A DNA stretch of 64,000 nt, from positions 1 to 64,000 of the forward strand of contig JAFYPO010000038.1 in the NCBI GenBank assembly GCA_017547505.1, given 5' to 3'. Shown in pieces: positions 27,072-36,005 of this stretch; position 1 is the stretch's first letter, and each line of letters starts with the position of its first letter. Both the position numbers and the translations under genes were made by a program. This DNA is from Oscillospiraceae bacterium. Its GTDB lineage: Bacteria; Bacillota; Clostridia; Oscillospirales; Oscillospiraceae. The notes beneath the pieces are model-generated. The model was not told the origin of the DNA and did no database searches. It saw nothing but the letters and a program-made list of their open reading frames with translations.

Positions 27072-29063
27072 TTATGTTGGCACATGATTGGCATCATTTT
27101 GTGTACTGTACACGATGCCGGAAAGCACGAAAACCACACAAGGCAGAGCCACTCCGTTACCCCACATCTTATACTCGGCGGCATCCGAATGAGGATCGCG
27201 CAGCCACTTGGCAATCTGCTTGAGAGACTTGGGCTTCGTGGAGTTGCCCACGATTCTGCGGTGGGTCTCAAACACATCGTACCAATAACGGAGGTCATCC
27301 ATCGTAGGTTCTTCCGTACCGAGGTCATCACACCACCAGTCCGGGAATCCCTGGAGTCTGGCGCATTCGGTGGGAGTCAACCTGCGAACGGTGTAACCGC
27401 TTTGAATAGCACCGGGGCCTTTGGCAACGAGAGTGGGCTGCAGTTCCTCCACGAATGTGGGGGCAAACTTGGCATTCTTGCCCTGGTTGAAAGTATCCCG
27501 TCCGATGCCGTAGCAGACAGCGGTGGGATCTTTGTAGTCCCTGGCAAGCACAGTAGGTGCCATGTCCTCGGATACCTGTGCAAAGCTACCGGTGGTCATA
27601 GAATAAACGGCATGGCGGTCGACCGTGTTAAGGGTGTACATCACATCGGATTCCTTAAAGCCGTCTCCCTGGTGAGAGGGACGACTACCGTTACCCTCAA
27701 TGACAATCGTACCTCCCTGGTTGCAGGAGGGATTGCCACCATTGGCATCAAGGGTGCGTGAAGTCTCTGCCTTATAAATCCCACTGTGGGGATTGGAGGA
27801 CTTCATGGCATTGCTGTCCTTGGAGGAGATGCCGTATGCCTGCAGAACGCAGTTAAAGTGATTCTTATCAGGCATCCGCTGATTGCCACCGGCGTTGTGT
27901 GCCGTAAGCGTGGGCGCAGTCTGCTGACCATCCCAATTGCAGGAGGGCTGTTCACCGCTGACCACAAAGGGCTGATTGTTACCGCCCATGCCATAAGTAG
28001 CGGATACCGTAGGAGCGGTGTCCACGGGTCCGGTGTAGCGGGTGTCCTGGCTATGATTTTCATAGACCGTAGCAGGAACAACTCCGGCACGAAGCGTGGG
28101 AGAAGTTTCCTCCTCATAGCCGATGCTGCGACTCTTGGAGGAATGCTCGGTGCAGAATCCGGCTGCCTCCATCACCACGGGCGGATGATGTGCCTCTGCA
28201 CGGAGTGTAGCGGTGACCTCATCGGTGAAATCCATGCGGTTGCCACCCTGGTCATTGAGGACGATGCCGTTTCTTCCAGTACTCATACCGCAGTTCACAC
28301 CGAGGGTCGAGGACACGAGACCGGTTAGGTCTCCGTTGTACCCATCAAAGCCTGTTGCTCCAGAGCAGCCTTCAGCACCGCAGGCAGTTCTTTGCCACGC
28401 GCGGAAGCTCTCCGCAGAATACCCTGACAGGCCTTCGGACTTAAATAATATGTCGAAGGCACTCCCGCCTGCAAAATCTGCGACAAGGTAGATGCGTTTT
28501 CTTCGCTGGGGGACTCCCCAGTGTTGAGCGTCAAGAACTCTGTAAGCAACGCTCCATCCTTCTCCCATGTAGCAGTCTGCGTAAGGCCATCGGTTTTTCT
28601 CAGGCATAGGCACCTGGGCATCTTCCTCGATGACGCCGATGACCGAGTCGAGGACTGCTTTGAAGTCAAGTCCTCCGTTTGAGGAGAAAGCGCCGGGGAC
28701 GTTTTCCCAACAGATCCAACGGGGATATTTTCCATTTGTTGCACACCTCATTTCTTTGATAATACGGATGGCTTGATAGAACAGCACAGACTGCTGTCCC
28801 TCAAGACCGGCTCTGCGTCCGGCAACGGACATATCGGTGCAGGGTGACCCGAAACAGATAATGTCCACAGGCTCAATCTTGCTGCCATCCATAGCAGAGA
28901 TATCACCGTAATGTTTCATAAAAGGCAGCCGCTTGGTGGTGACACGAATAGGAAACGGCTCGATTTCCGATGCCCACACAGGTGTGATACCGGAAATCAA
29001 GCCGCCTAACGGAAAGCCACCGGAGCCGTCAAAGAGACTGCCCAGGGTTAAATTGTTCATCAT
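27072..29063 (-). CDS. Orphan DNA cytosine-5 methyltransferase (alpha chain) with a very long variable region
   Basis: LFDGSGG (I), GSPC (IV), ENV (VI), PQRRKR (VIII), RRLTP.ECARLQGFP and GNGV (X). Confidence 0.92.
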   Translation of the reverse strand: MMNNLTLGSLFDGSGGFPLGGLISGITPVWASEIEPFPIRVTTKRLPFMKHYGDISAMDGSKIEPVDIICFGSPCTDMSVAGRRAGLEGQQSVLFYQAIRIIKEMRCATNGKYPRWICWENVPGAFSSNGGLDFKAVLDSVIGVIEEDAQVPMPEKNRWPYADCYMGEGWSVAYRVLDAQHWGVPQRRKRIYLVADFAGGSAFDILFKSEGLSGYSAESFRAWQRTACGAEGCSGATGFDGYNGDLTGLVSSTLGVNCGMSTGRNGIVLNDQGGNRMDFTDEVTATLRAEAHHPPVVMEAAGFCTEHSSKSRSIGYEEETSPTLRAGVVPATVYENHSQDTRYTGPVDTAPTVSATYGMGGNNQPFVVSGEQPSCNWDGQQTAPTLTAHNAGGNQRMPDKNHFNCVLQAYGISSKDSNAMKSSNPHSGIYKAETSRTLDANGGNPSCNQGGTIVIEGNGSRPSHQGDGFKESDVMYTLNTVDRHAVYSMTTGSFAQVSEDMAPTVLARDYKDPTAVCYGIGRDTFNQGKNAKFAPTFVEELQPTLVAKGPGAIQSGYTVRRLTPTECARLQGFPDWWCDDLGTEEPTMDDLRYWYDVFETHRRIVGNSTKPKSLKQIAKWLRDPHSDAAEYKMWGNGVALPCVVFVLSGIVYSTQNDANHVPT
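28325..28744 (-). CDS. Nested alternate-frame ORF, M.EcoHK31I beta-like subunit
   Basis: STLSQIL...VP..YYLSPKAC.GILRRA..RGK.LP..L..AL, encoded inside the methyltransferase in another frame; start uncertain. Confidence 0.7.
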   Translation of the reverse strand: MQQMENIPVGSVGKTSPALSPQTEDLTSKQSSTRSSASSRKMPRCLCLRKTDGLTQTATWEKDGALLTEFLTLNTGESPSEENASTLSQILQAGVPSTYYLSPKACQGILRRASARGKELPAVLKAALEQQALMGTTET

Positions 29064-29086
29064 GTACCTCCATTTCGGAATTCCTG

Positions 29087-30310
29087 TTATACCAATTCGG
29101 AGTATTTATAGGTCAGACCGTCACGCTGCACGGTAACGGCATCGGAAGAGCCGACCTGCTCGATGTAGCGTTTTACGATTACATCGCAGAACTTTTCGTC
29201 CAGTTCGATGGTATAGCAGATGCGGTCGGTCTGCTCACAGGCAATGAGCGTAGAACCGGAGCCACCGAAGGGGTCAAGTACCACGGCATTGCTCATGGAA
29301 GAATTCATGATGGGGTATGCCAACAGAGGAATGGGTTTCATCGTAGGATGATCACCGTTCTTCTTGGGCTTGTCGAATTCCCAGATGGTAGTTTCCTTGC
29401 GTCCGGTATACCACTGGTGCTTGCCGTTTTTCTTCCAACCATAGAGACAAGGCTCATGCTGCCACTGGTAGGGAGAGCGTCCCAGAACCAAGGACTGCTT
29501 TTTCCAAATGCAACAGCCAGACAAATAAAAACCCGCATCGGCAAAAGCCTTGCGGAAGTTCAGACCTTCGGTGTCTGCATGGAACACATAGATAGAAGCA
29601 TCATCTGCCATTGCGGAGTGCATCTGCGTGTATGCGGACAAGAGGAAATTATAAAAGGCGTCATTTGCCATGTTGTCATTCTTGATTTTTCCGGCACTGC
29701 CTTCGTAGTTGACGTTGTAAGGAGGGTCGGTAATAACCAGGTTTGCCTTGGCGGTGCCCATCAAAGTTTCAAAGGTCTCTGCCTTGGTGCTGTCACCACA
29801 GATCAAGCGGTGGCGGCCGAGCGTCCACACATCACCGGGTTTGGTGATCGTGGGGTTCTTCAGTTCTGCCTCAACATCAAAATCATCGTCCTTAATACCG
29901 TCCTTGAGGGTATCCTTGAACAGGGCATCAATTTCGGCGGGTTCAAAGCCGGTGAGAGATACATCGAAATCCTCACCCTGTAGGTCTGCGATGAGCAGAG
30001 CCAGCTTATCCTTGTCCCAATCACCGCTGATTTTGTTGAGGGCAACGTTCAGAGCCTTTTCCTTGGACTCGTCCATTTCCACCACAACGCATTCCACCTC
30101 GGTGATGCCCATATCGATGAGAACCTTGAGGCGCTGATGACCGCCGACAACTCTGCCTGTGGTTTTGTTCCAGATGACGGGTTCTACATAGCCGAACTGC
30201 TCAATGGAGCGTTTCAGCTTTTCGTATTCTGCGTCACCGGGTTTCAGATCCTTACGGGGATTATAGTCGGCAGGCAGAAGGTCGGCTGTGTTTTTCTTTT
30301 CAATTACCAT
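29087..30310 (-). CDS. ParB-like domain fused to N6/N4 DNA methyltransferase
   Basis: YNPR and GGHQR ParB N-terminus; TDPPY, HPT.KP, DPFGGSGST. Confidence 0.92.
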   Translation of the reverse strand: MVIEKKNTADLLPADYNPRKDLKPGDAEYEKLKRSIEQFGYVEPVIWNKTTGRVVGGHQRLKVLIDMGITEVECVVVEMDESKEKALNVALNKISGDWDKDKLALLIADLQGEDFDVSLTGFEPAEIDALFKDTLKDGIKDDDFDVEAELKNPTITKPGDVWTLGRHRLICGDSTKAETFETLMGTAKANLVITDPPYNVNYEGSAGKIKNDNMANDAFYNFLLSAYTQMHSAMADDASIYVFHADTEGLNFRKAFADAGFYLSGCCIWKKQSLVLGRSPYQWQHEPCLYGWKKNGKHQWYTGRKETTIWEFDKPKKNGDHPTMKPIPLLAYPIMNSSMSNAVVLDPFGGSGSTLIACEQTDRICYTIELDEKFCDVIVKRYIEQVGSSDAVTVQRDGLTYKYSELV

Positions 30311-31092
30311 TAGTACAACCCCCACTCAGCGAATTTTTCAAAGCCGCCGATGGAGTTGATGAACTCTCTGGCAATGGCAACTACCTGGGCATAAGGGATA
30401 TCATCGATGGTTTCATCACCGATGGCACAGCACAGTTCCACAGGGAAACCGCACTCCTGTGCCTTGAGGAAGGCATAGATATTTACGGAAACATCAGCCT
30501 TGGAGAGGTCTTTTCCATGTAAGCCGCCACCGGTTACGGAGTCAGCCATATCGGAACCCAGCTTGCGGTTGGTAGCACCGGTATCCACATCCGTACCGCC
30601 AGTCCAGTCACCCAGAGGATTGACCTCGGAGCCCGCATATCGCGCCTTGATTTCATCAGCGGGAGCGTTGCTCTGGCAGATGATGAGACGGTTACCATCC
30701 AGGATGTACTTGCCGTCAAAGGGATATTCGGCATAGATTTCGCGGGCAATTCTGGCGAGTTCCTTCTGTTCACCCGTCAGAGGCATACCCTTGAAGATGC
30801 CGTTGTCACCGCAGCGGACACCGTTTTCCTGGTTGTGAGTCAAATGGGTATCCTGGGGAACGATGACCACATCAGTATCCATCTTTCCTGCAATGCGATG
30901 TACTGCATCAATGATATCTGCCTTGCACAGAGCAGCGGTAGTTTCCACAATAACATGGCACACACCATGACCGATGAGAACCTCCACAGCTACCTTGGGG
31001 TTTGTATCAATTGCGTAAGCCAGGTCAACCACGGCTCCTGCAATTCTATCAGCCACCTTATCCGGGTGGCACGGATTTACTTTTTCAATCAT
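30310..31092 (-). CDS. metK: Phage S-adenosylmethionine synthetase (compact MetK-like)
   Basis: E.V...HPDK.AD.I, GDNG, D.G.T.RK, GGG..GKD..K.D; about 260 aa. Confidence 0.85.
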   Translation of the reverse strand: MIEKVNPCHPDKVADRIAGAVVDLAYAIDTNPKVAVEVLIGHGVCHVIVETTAALCKADIIDAVHRIAGKMDTDVVIVPQDTHLTHNQENGVRCGDNGIFKGMPLTGEQKELARIAREIYAEYPFDGKYILDGNRLIICQSNAPADEIKARYAGSEVNPLGDWTGGTDVDTGATNRKLGSDMADSVTGGGLHGKDLSKADVSVNIYAFLKAQECGFPVELCCAIGDETIDDIPYAQVVAIAREFINSIGGFEKFAEWGLY

Positions 31093-31108
31093 TGTATACC
31101 TCCGAATT

Positions 31109-32695
31109 TTATATGGATGTAACGTTGGCAACGACCTTGCCTTCGCTGTTCACAGAGATTTGGTATTTCTTTCCGTCTGCACCTTTCAGCATAAAGCTAC
31201 TGCGGGTGTGCCGAACCCAACCATCGTGGTAACTCCACATCATAATGTCATCACCATTGGTCATGACCAGAGAGTGAAAGATGTTGTCCCACACATCGTA
31301 GTCAATCATCAGCACTTTATAGGTGCTACTAGAATAGTTGGCATATACCTCACCGCCGTTGAGCATATGAAAGTATGCTTTTTCCAGTTCATCGTTCTTG
31401 ATGCCGGAATAGCTGAAATCACTTGGGAACATATACCGCTGTGGCATATATTTGAAAGGAATGCGATTGCGAATCTGACCGATTTCGTTTATGCCGAACG
31501 TATGCGACTCAGCTTGATCCGCTGCGACCACTTCCGTAACAATGACAATTCCCATGACTGCCAGGCAGGCAATCGCAAAAGGCTCTCCCGTATCGGGATA
31601 GTCCTCATCCAACAGGTGTACATTGCCGATGTAGGCGGCAGAAATATATCCTTCACGGAGTTCTCCGGCTACAAGCTGATAAGTTTCACCATCCCATGTC
31701 ACTTCGTAGTGATGCCCGCCTTCAAGGATAAACTGGAATGTTTGACGGGCGGTGTTGGAACTGTAACCAGAAAAGGGCTGAGTGGCCATACCGAGGACTT
31801 CTTCACTGCCTTCTGTGTACCGTGCCATCCATTCAGCGTTGATATATTTGTCATCCAGTTTATGGACAACCTCTTCTTCGTTGGGGAGTGCTGACAAGGA
31901 ATGCACATATCCAACCACAGAGCCGTTATCGGAGTAATGGAGAAAATAGACGCCTTTCTCAACATACAGCCCGTAGATATTGAAATCTCTATAAGCTGCC
32001 ACCAGGAATTCACCCACCAAAAGTGCCGGATAGCCTACCGATGTTCCATCCTCGATCATGCCTTCCGTTATTTCAAGCAATATATCTTCGGGTTCATCTT
32101 CAACATTGCGGAGGGTGCAGATGGCACCAATGAGGTCATCCTCGGTTAGTACACGATCCGACATTTTGACAAAGCAGTATCCGTTTCCGATAGATATATA
32201 TTTTTTGCCTTCAAGATTGCCGTCAAAAGTATTTTCTACCCGTTCGATGCCTGTCCAATGGGTGCGGTTGAGAATATGATTATCATCACCGGGCGGTGCC
32301 TGCCAGTCTGGTGTCCGTTCCAACAGTCTTGCCCAGATCGGAAGAGCCGGATCTGCTGCCGAATCTTCCTTGGGGTCGGTGGCATCACGGATAACACCCA
32401 ACTTTGCCCAAAAGGTAGGAATGCCCAGGTTGTTCTCAGCATCGGTGCCATAGACACCAACATACAGATTCACACCGGAGCGGGATAGCACCTCTGCGGG
32501 GACAATTACTTCAGAGCCGTTATCCAGAACATCTTTCGTGACCGACCCGCGGAACACCACAGTTTTATTCAATCCCGCCCAAACATCATCGTTGTAGTCA
32601 ATCAGCACCGTGCCGCCGACCAAACCTTTGGGGATTTCCGTACTCCAAACCACGGTGGCGGTGGTGCCGCTGACTTCGATTTTCGCTATATTCAT
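31109..32695 (-). CDS. Tail-fibre/BppU-like protein located in the packaging region
   Basis: W.GL.KT.VF...P.EVL....L.VGVYG N-terminus, PDW...I.NRTHW linker, LK..DG.KY.I.V...G C-terminus; family call by pattern only. Confidence 0.55.
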   Translation of the reverse strand: MNIAKIEVSGTTATVVWSTEIPKGLVGGTVLIDYNDDVWAGLNKTVVFRGSVTKDVLDNGSEVIVPAEVLSRSGVNLYVGVYGTDAENNLGIPTFWAKLGVIRDATDPKEDSAADPALPIWARLLERTPDWQAPPGDDNHILNRTHWTGIERVENTFDGNLEGKKYISIGNGYCFVKMSDRVLTEDDLIGAICTLRNVEDEPEDILLEITEGMIEDGTSVGYPALLVGEFLVAAYRDFNIYGLYVEKGVYFLHYSDNGSVVGYVHSLSALPNEEEVVHKLDDKYINAEWMARYTEGSEEVLGMATQPFSGYSSNTARQTFQFILEGGHHYEVTWDGETYQLVAGELREGYISAAYIGNVHLLDEDYPDTGEPFAIACLAVMGIVIVTEVVAADQAESHTFGINEIGQIRNRIPFKYMPQRYMFPSDFSYSGIKNDELEKAYFHMLNGGEVYANYSSSTYKVLMIDYDVWDNIFHSLVMTNGDDIMMWSYHDGWVRHTRSSFMLKGADGKKYQISVNSEGKVVANVTSI

Positions 32696-33240
32696 TTGCG
32701 ACCACCCTCCCTGGCACGGAGCAGTCTTTCCATGACATCATCCTGGGGACTTGCGCCGCTATATTCGCCGGTGCAGTTCTCACGGACGATTTGGTAGATT
32801 TCAGACCACAGACGATTGGCCTGGGTCATATATGTGTTTGCGATCGCCACATAGGGTGACTGGATCGCAGCACCCGTGGTGGGATGCTTTGCCAGAAAGC
32901 CGAGTTCACTGGTAAGGGATTCGCATTGAATCCATCTGGCACTTGCCATAGCAAAGCGTTCGATCAGCTGTGGAGAAATGATAACGGCGCATCCACGGTC
33001 GGATAGCCAGTTCCATACATTTTCGTAAATCTCAGCAGCACAGAGTGTAGAACCGTCTTTCTGTTTTGCAGACAAATACTCGGAAGGCTTCGGCATAGCC
33101 TGTCCCTCCAAGTCTGCCACGCTGTCTTTGAAATCAATGACAGTCAGCGGACGCTTTCCGGGATTGCCGTCAGCAATTTTGTCTGCGATGGCTTTTTTCG
33201 GTCTACCACCAGTACCGGGTTTGGGACCTCGTTGACCCAT
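32692..33240 (-). CDS. terS: Terminase small subunit (P27 family)
   Basis: RGPKP...GRPKK, GNPG.R.L, KHPTTG..I.SPY; downstream of HNH. Confidence 0.85.
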   Translation of the reverse strand: MGQRGPKPGTGGRPKKAIADKIADGNPGKRPLTVIDFKDSVADLEGQAMPKPSEYLSAKQKDGSTLCAAEIYENVWNWLSDRGCAVIISPQLIERFAMASARWIQCESLTSELGFLAKHPTTGAAIQSPYVAIANTYMTQANRLWSEIYQIVRENCTGEYSGASPQDDVMERLLRAREGGRK

Positions 33241-33261
33241 AATTTCACACCTCCATTCGGC

Positions 33262-33355
33262 GGGGGCCTATTCCCCCTAAAACTTTTGCGATTTTGCACA
33301 CGTGACCCCGGCACCGTTACCCGGGGCAAAGGGTGCAGAGATTTGACCCGCCCCT
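33262..33355 (-). other. Probable cos region
   Basis: GC-rich intergenic between HNH and terS (GGGGCGGGTCAAATCTCT...AACGGTGCCGGGG), the usual cos position in HNH-cos phages; cut site not determinable. Confidence 0.45.
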
Positions 33356-33360
33356 CCGGG

Positions 33361-33720
33361 TCAGCGGTTATGCCATCGGTCACCACGCTCGGCATGGATC
33401 TTGCTGTGACAGGACTTGCAGAGAGCAATGAGGTTGTCTCTTGCATGAGTTCCACCCTCGGACAGCGGTGTGCGGTGGTGGATCTCCTCTGTGGGGACAA
33501 GCTGACCTTGCTGCTGACACAACTCACACAGTGGGTGCTGTGCTGCATAGCTGTCACGGATGCGTTTCCAAGCGCGTCCGTACCTACGGCGTACGGCAGG
33601 GTCTCTGTCATACTTCTCGTAGCGTTTGGCTTCTTGCTTTGCGTGTTCCTCACAGAACCTGCCATCCGTTAGCTTGGGACAGCCGGGATGAGAACACGGT
33701 CTTTTAGGTTTTCGTGGCAT
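33361..33720 (-). CDS. Terminase-associated HNH endonuclease
   Basis: PLCELC, EIHH..P...GG, NL..LC..CH..IH. Confidence 0.92.
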   Translation of the reverse strand: MPRKPKRPCSHPGCPKLTDGRFCEEHAKQEAKRYEKYDRDPAVRRRYGRAWKRIRDSYAAQHPLCELCQQQGQLVPTEEIHHRTPLSEGGTHARDNLIALCKSCHSKIHAERGDRWHNR

Positions 33721-33726
33721 TACATT

Positions 33727-33810
33727 TCACCTCCTGCGGAATACCTCGCCCAGCTTGTACTTGATGATGTACCAGACCTGTTCCAGGTAGCCGACCTTGC
33801 GGTAGCCCAT
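33727..33810 (-). CDS. 27-aa small peptide MGYRKVGYLEQVWYIIKYKLGEVFRRR
   Basis: AAGGAG RBS; stop codon overlaps the HNH RBS; below the ORF-track cutoff. Confidence 0.55.
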   Translation of the reverse strand: MGYRKVGYLEQVWYIIKYKLGEVFRRR

Positions 33811-33833
33811 GTGAACCACTCCTTTCCGGGCAT

Positions 33834-33867
33834 AAGAAAAGCCCCACAGGATTGCTCCTGCGAGGCT
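33834..33867 (-). terminator. Terminator-like hairpin in the late leader
   Basis: AGCCTCGCAGGA-GCAA-TCCTGTGGGGCT followed by TTTCTT. Confidence 0.6.
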
Positions 33868-33889
33868 GCTGTTGTATTCTCTTTTGCCA

Positions 33890-33940
33890 TTATAATTGTA
33901 CCATAGTCAAGTATGGAATTATACGGAACTTTAGGGAACA
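33890..33940 (-). promoter_or_regulatory. Putative late promoter with three phased GGAA boxes
   Basis: TGGTACAAT/TATAAT -10 candidates; 10-bp periodic GGAATT/GGAACT/GGAACA at 33911-33940. Confidence 0.5.
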
Positions 33941-34356
33941 CTTTTTGCTTTCAGAATACCTTCCACCACATCCAGTGCGCGGTCATGCATTTTCAGAATC
34001 CACTTACCGCTGTAGTGCATATCCACGGCTATCTGCTCCCAGGTCTGGAAGCACAAATACCGCTTTTCCAAAAGGGTCTGATATTCGGTGTCTTCCACCG
34101 CTTTTATGACAGCCACGATTTCACGCTTGAGATCCACAAGGCGGTCAATGTCCCGGTTGATTTCGTTCTGCAGGTCGATGATTTTGCACACGGCATCTGC
34201 CATAGTAGAGCCGCCACGGTTGGGGTTACGGGGCATTCCTGTCAGCGTCGCAGAACACTTGGTGGCGAGGTCATTGAGGGATGCGACCTGGGCAATCTTG
34301 GCGTCGATTCGCTGATCAAGGCGGTGCGCCTGGGACAGATATTCTTTTGCTGTCAT
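33931..34356 (-). CDS. RinA/ArpU-like late activator (DUF1492)
   Basis: MTAKEYL.QA, LLE.RYL....WEQIA..M.YS.......H..AL; immediately upstream of packaging genes. Confidence 0.85.
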   Translation of the reverse strand: MTAKEYLSQAHRLDQRIDAKIAQVASLNDLATKCSATLTGMPRNPNRGGSTMADAVCKIIDLQNEINRDIDRLVDLKREIVAVIKAVEDTEYQTLLEKRYLCFQTWEQIAVDMHYSGKWILKMHDRALDVVEGILKAKSVP

Positions 34357-34583
34357 GCCGCCACCTCCTGTCTGACCATACGGCGTACACCCACCATAAG
34401 GACTTCACCATCTAAGTTGGTGAGCATTCCGTACCAACCGGAACGGAAGAACCGCTCCAGGGTGGCAACTTCATCTGCGTAATCCTTGCAGTCGGGAAAA
34501 CGGAAGTGCTGCTTGAGTGCTTTTTTGTAGTCTTTTACAGCCAGTTCTACAATGGCGTTGGCTAATGCCTGATAAGGTTCCAT
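34353..34583 (-). CDS. Conserved hypothetical phage protein
   Basis: Y..LANAI..LA..DY, ERFFRS.WY..L...DG; GGAGG RBS. Confidence 0.75.
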   Translation of the reverse strand: MEPYQALANAIVELAVKDYKKALKQHFRFPDCKDYADEVATLERFFRSGWYGMLTNLDGEVLMVGVRRMVRQEVAA

Positions 34584-34610
34584 ATTCGTACCTCCGATAT
34601 TTTGTGATCC

Positions 34611-34650
34611 TCGGATTGGCACGGATTTTCATAGATTGTCTCAGATTTTC
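34611..34650. repeat. Four tandem 10-bp repeats (NNRGATTKKC)
   Basis: tcggattggc acggattttc atagattgtc tcagattttc. Confidence 0.6.
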
Positions 34651-36005
34651 AAGTCCGCTTTTACGGCATCGATCAGTGCCGTCTGTGTATGCTCCTTCTG
34701 GGAGAGGGCTTTCATGATGCGGTTGTCAATGGTGCCCTTTGTCACGATGTGCTGAACCACCACGGTTTCGGAGGTCTGACCTTGCCGCCACAGACGGGCT
34801 ACGGTCTGCTGATACAGTTCCAGACTCCAAGTCAGACCGAACCACACAAGGGTCGAACCACCGGACTGGAGATTGAGTCCGTGTCCTGCCGATGCCGGGT
34901 GGATAAGTGCCACAGGAATTTCACCCTTATTCCATCTGCGGATGCTTTCGGAATCATCCAACCGAGAGAAAGGGATATGCAGTCTTTTCAGCCTTTCGGA
35001 AATGCGGGCTAGGTCATGTTTGAACCAGTAAGCCACCAGAACGGGCTTTCCGTTTGCCGCTTCAATGATGTCCTCCAAGGCATCCAGCTTGCGGTCATGG
35101 ATTTGAATGACCTCACCGTTATCATCGTAGATTGCGCCGTTTGCCATCTGCGACAGTTTACCGGAGAGGGACGCTGCGTTGGCGGCTGTAATTTCACCGT
35201 CAGCCAGAGTCAGCACCAGTTCTTGTTTCAGTTCCTCATAGTGGGATCTTTCTTCATCGGACAGCTGAATGGTATATTCGCTGCTGATCAGTTCCGGCAT
35301 TTGCAGGTGGTCGGTTGCCTTCATGGAAATAGTGATGTCGGAAATCTGCTTGTAAATGGCGTCCTCCGCATAGGGCAGCGGCTTATAGGAGTAGATGATC
35401 TGCCCGTTCCGCTTGTCCGGCATGAAGTAGTCGGTGCGGTATTTCGTGATGAACCGTCCCAACCGCTGACCCATATCAAGGATACGGAACTCTGCCCACA
35501 AATCCATCAAACCGTTGGAGGCAGGAGTGCCCGTCAGTCCTACGATTCGGTTTACCTTGGGTCTGACCTTCAGCATTGATTTGAACCGCTTTGTGTTGTG
35601 GTTCTTGAAGGAGGACAGTTCGTCAATGACAATCATATCGAAGGTGAACGGGATACCGCTTTCTTCCACCAGCCATTGGACATTTTCTCTGTTGATGATG
35701 TAAATGTCAGCTGGTCGCATAAGGGCGGCTTTGCGTTCTGCTTCTGTGCCGACAGCCACGGAGCAGATGAGGTTCTGGAGGTGATCCCACTTATCGACTT
35801 CAGCCGTCCATGTATCCCGTGCCACACGCAGCGGTGCAATCACCAACACCCGGTGAACCTCAAAGCTGTCAAACAGCAGGTCATTGATGGCGGTAAGGGT
35901 GATGCTCGTTTTGCCAAGACCCATGTCCAAAAAGACGGTAGCAATGGGGTGGGTCTGAATATAGTCGATGGCATAAGCCTGGTAGTCATGCGGTACGTAT
36001 CTCAT
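34641..36005 (-). CDS. SNF2-like superfamily 2 helicase
   Basis: DMGLGKT, IDELS, LTGTP, SAGHGLNLQ, Q...RL.RQGQ. Confidence 0.92.
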   Translation of the reverse strand: MRYVPHDYQAYAIDYIQTHPIATVFLDMGLGKTSITLTAINDLLFDSFEVHRVLVIAPLRVARDTWTAEVDKWDHLQNLICSVAVGTEAERKAALMRPADIYIINRENVQWLVEESGIPFTFDMIVIDELSSFKNHNTKRFKSMLKVRPKVNRIVGLTGTPASNGLMDLWAEFRILDMGQRLGRFITKYRTDYFMPDKRNGQIIYSYKPLPYAEDAIYKQISDITISMKATDHLQMPELISSEYTIQLSDEERSHYEELKQELVLTLADGEITAANAASLSGKLSQMANGAIYDDNGEVIQIHDRKLDALEDIIEAANGKPVLVAYWFKHDLARISERLKRLHIPFSRLDDSESIRRWNKGEIPVALIHPASAGHGLNLQSGGSTLVWFGLTWSLELYQQTVARLWRQGQTSETVVVQHIVTKGTIDNRIMKALSQKEHTQTALIDAVKADLKI

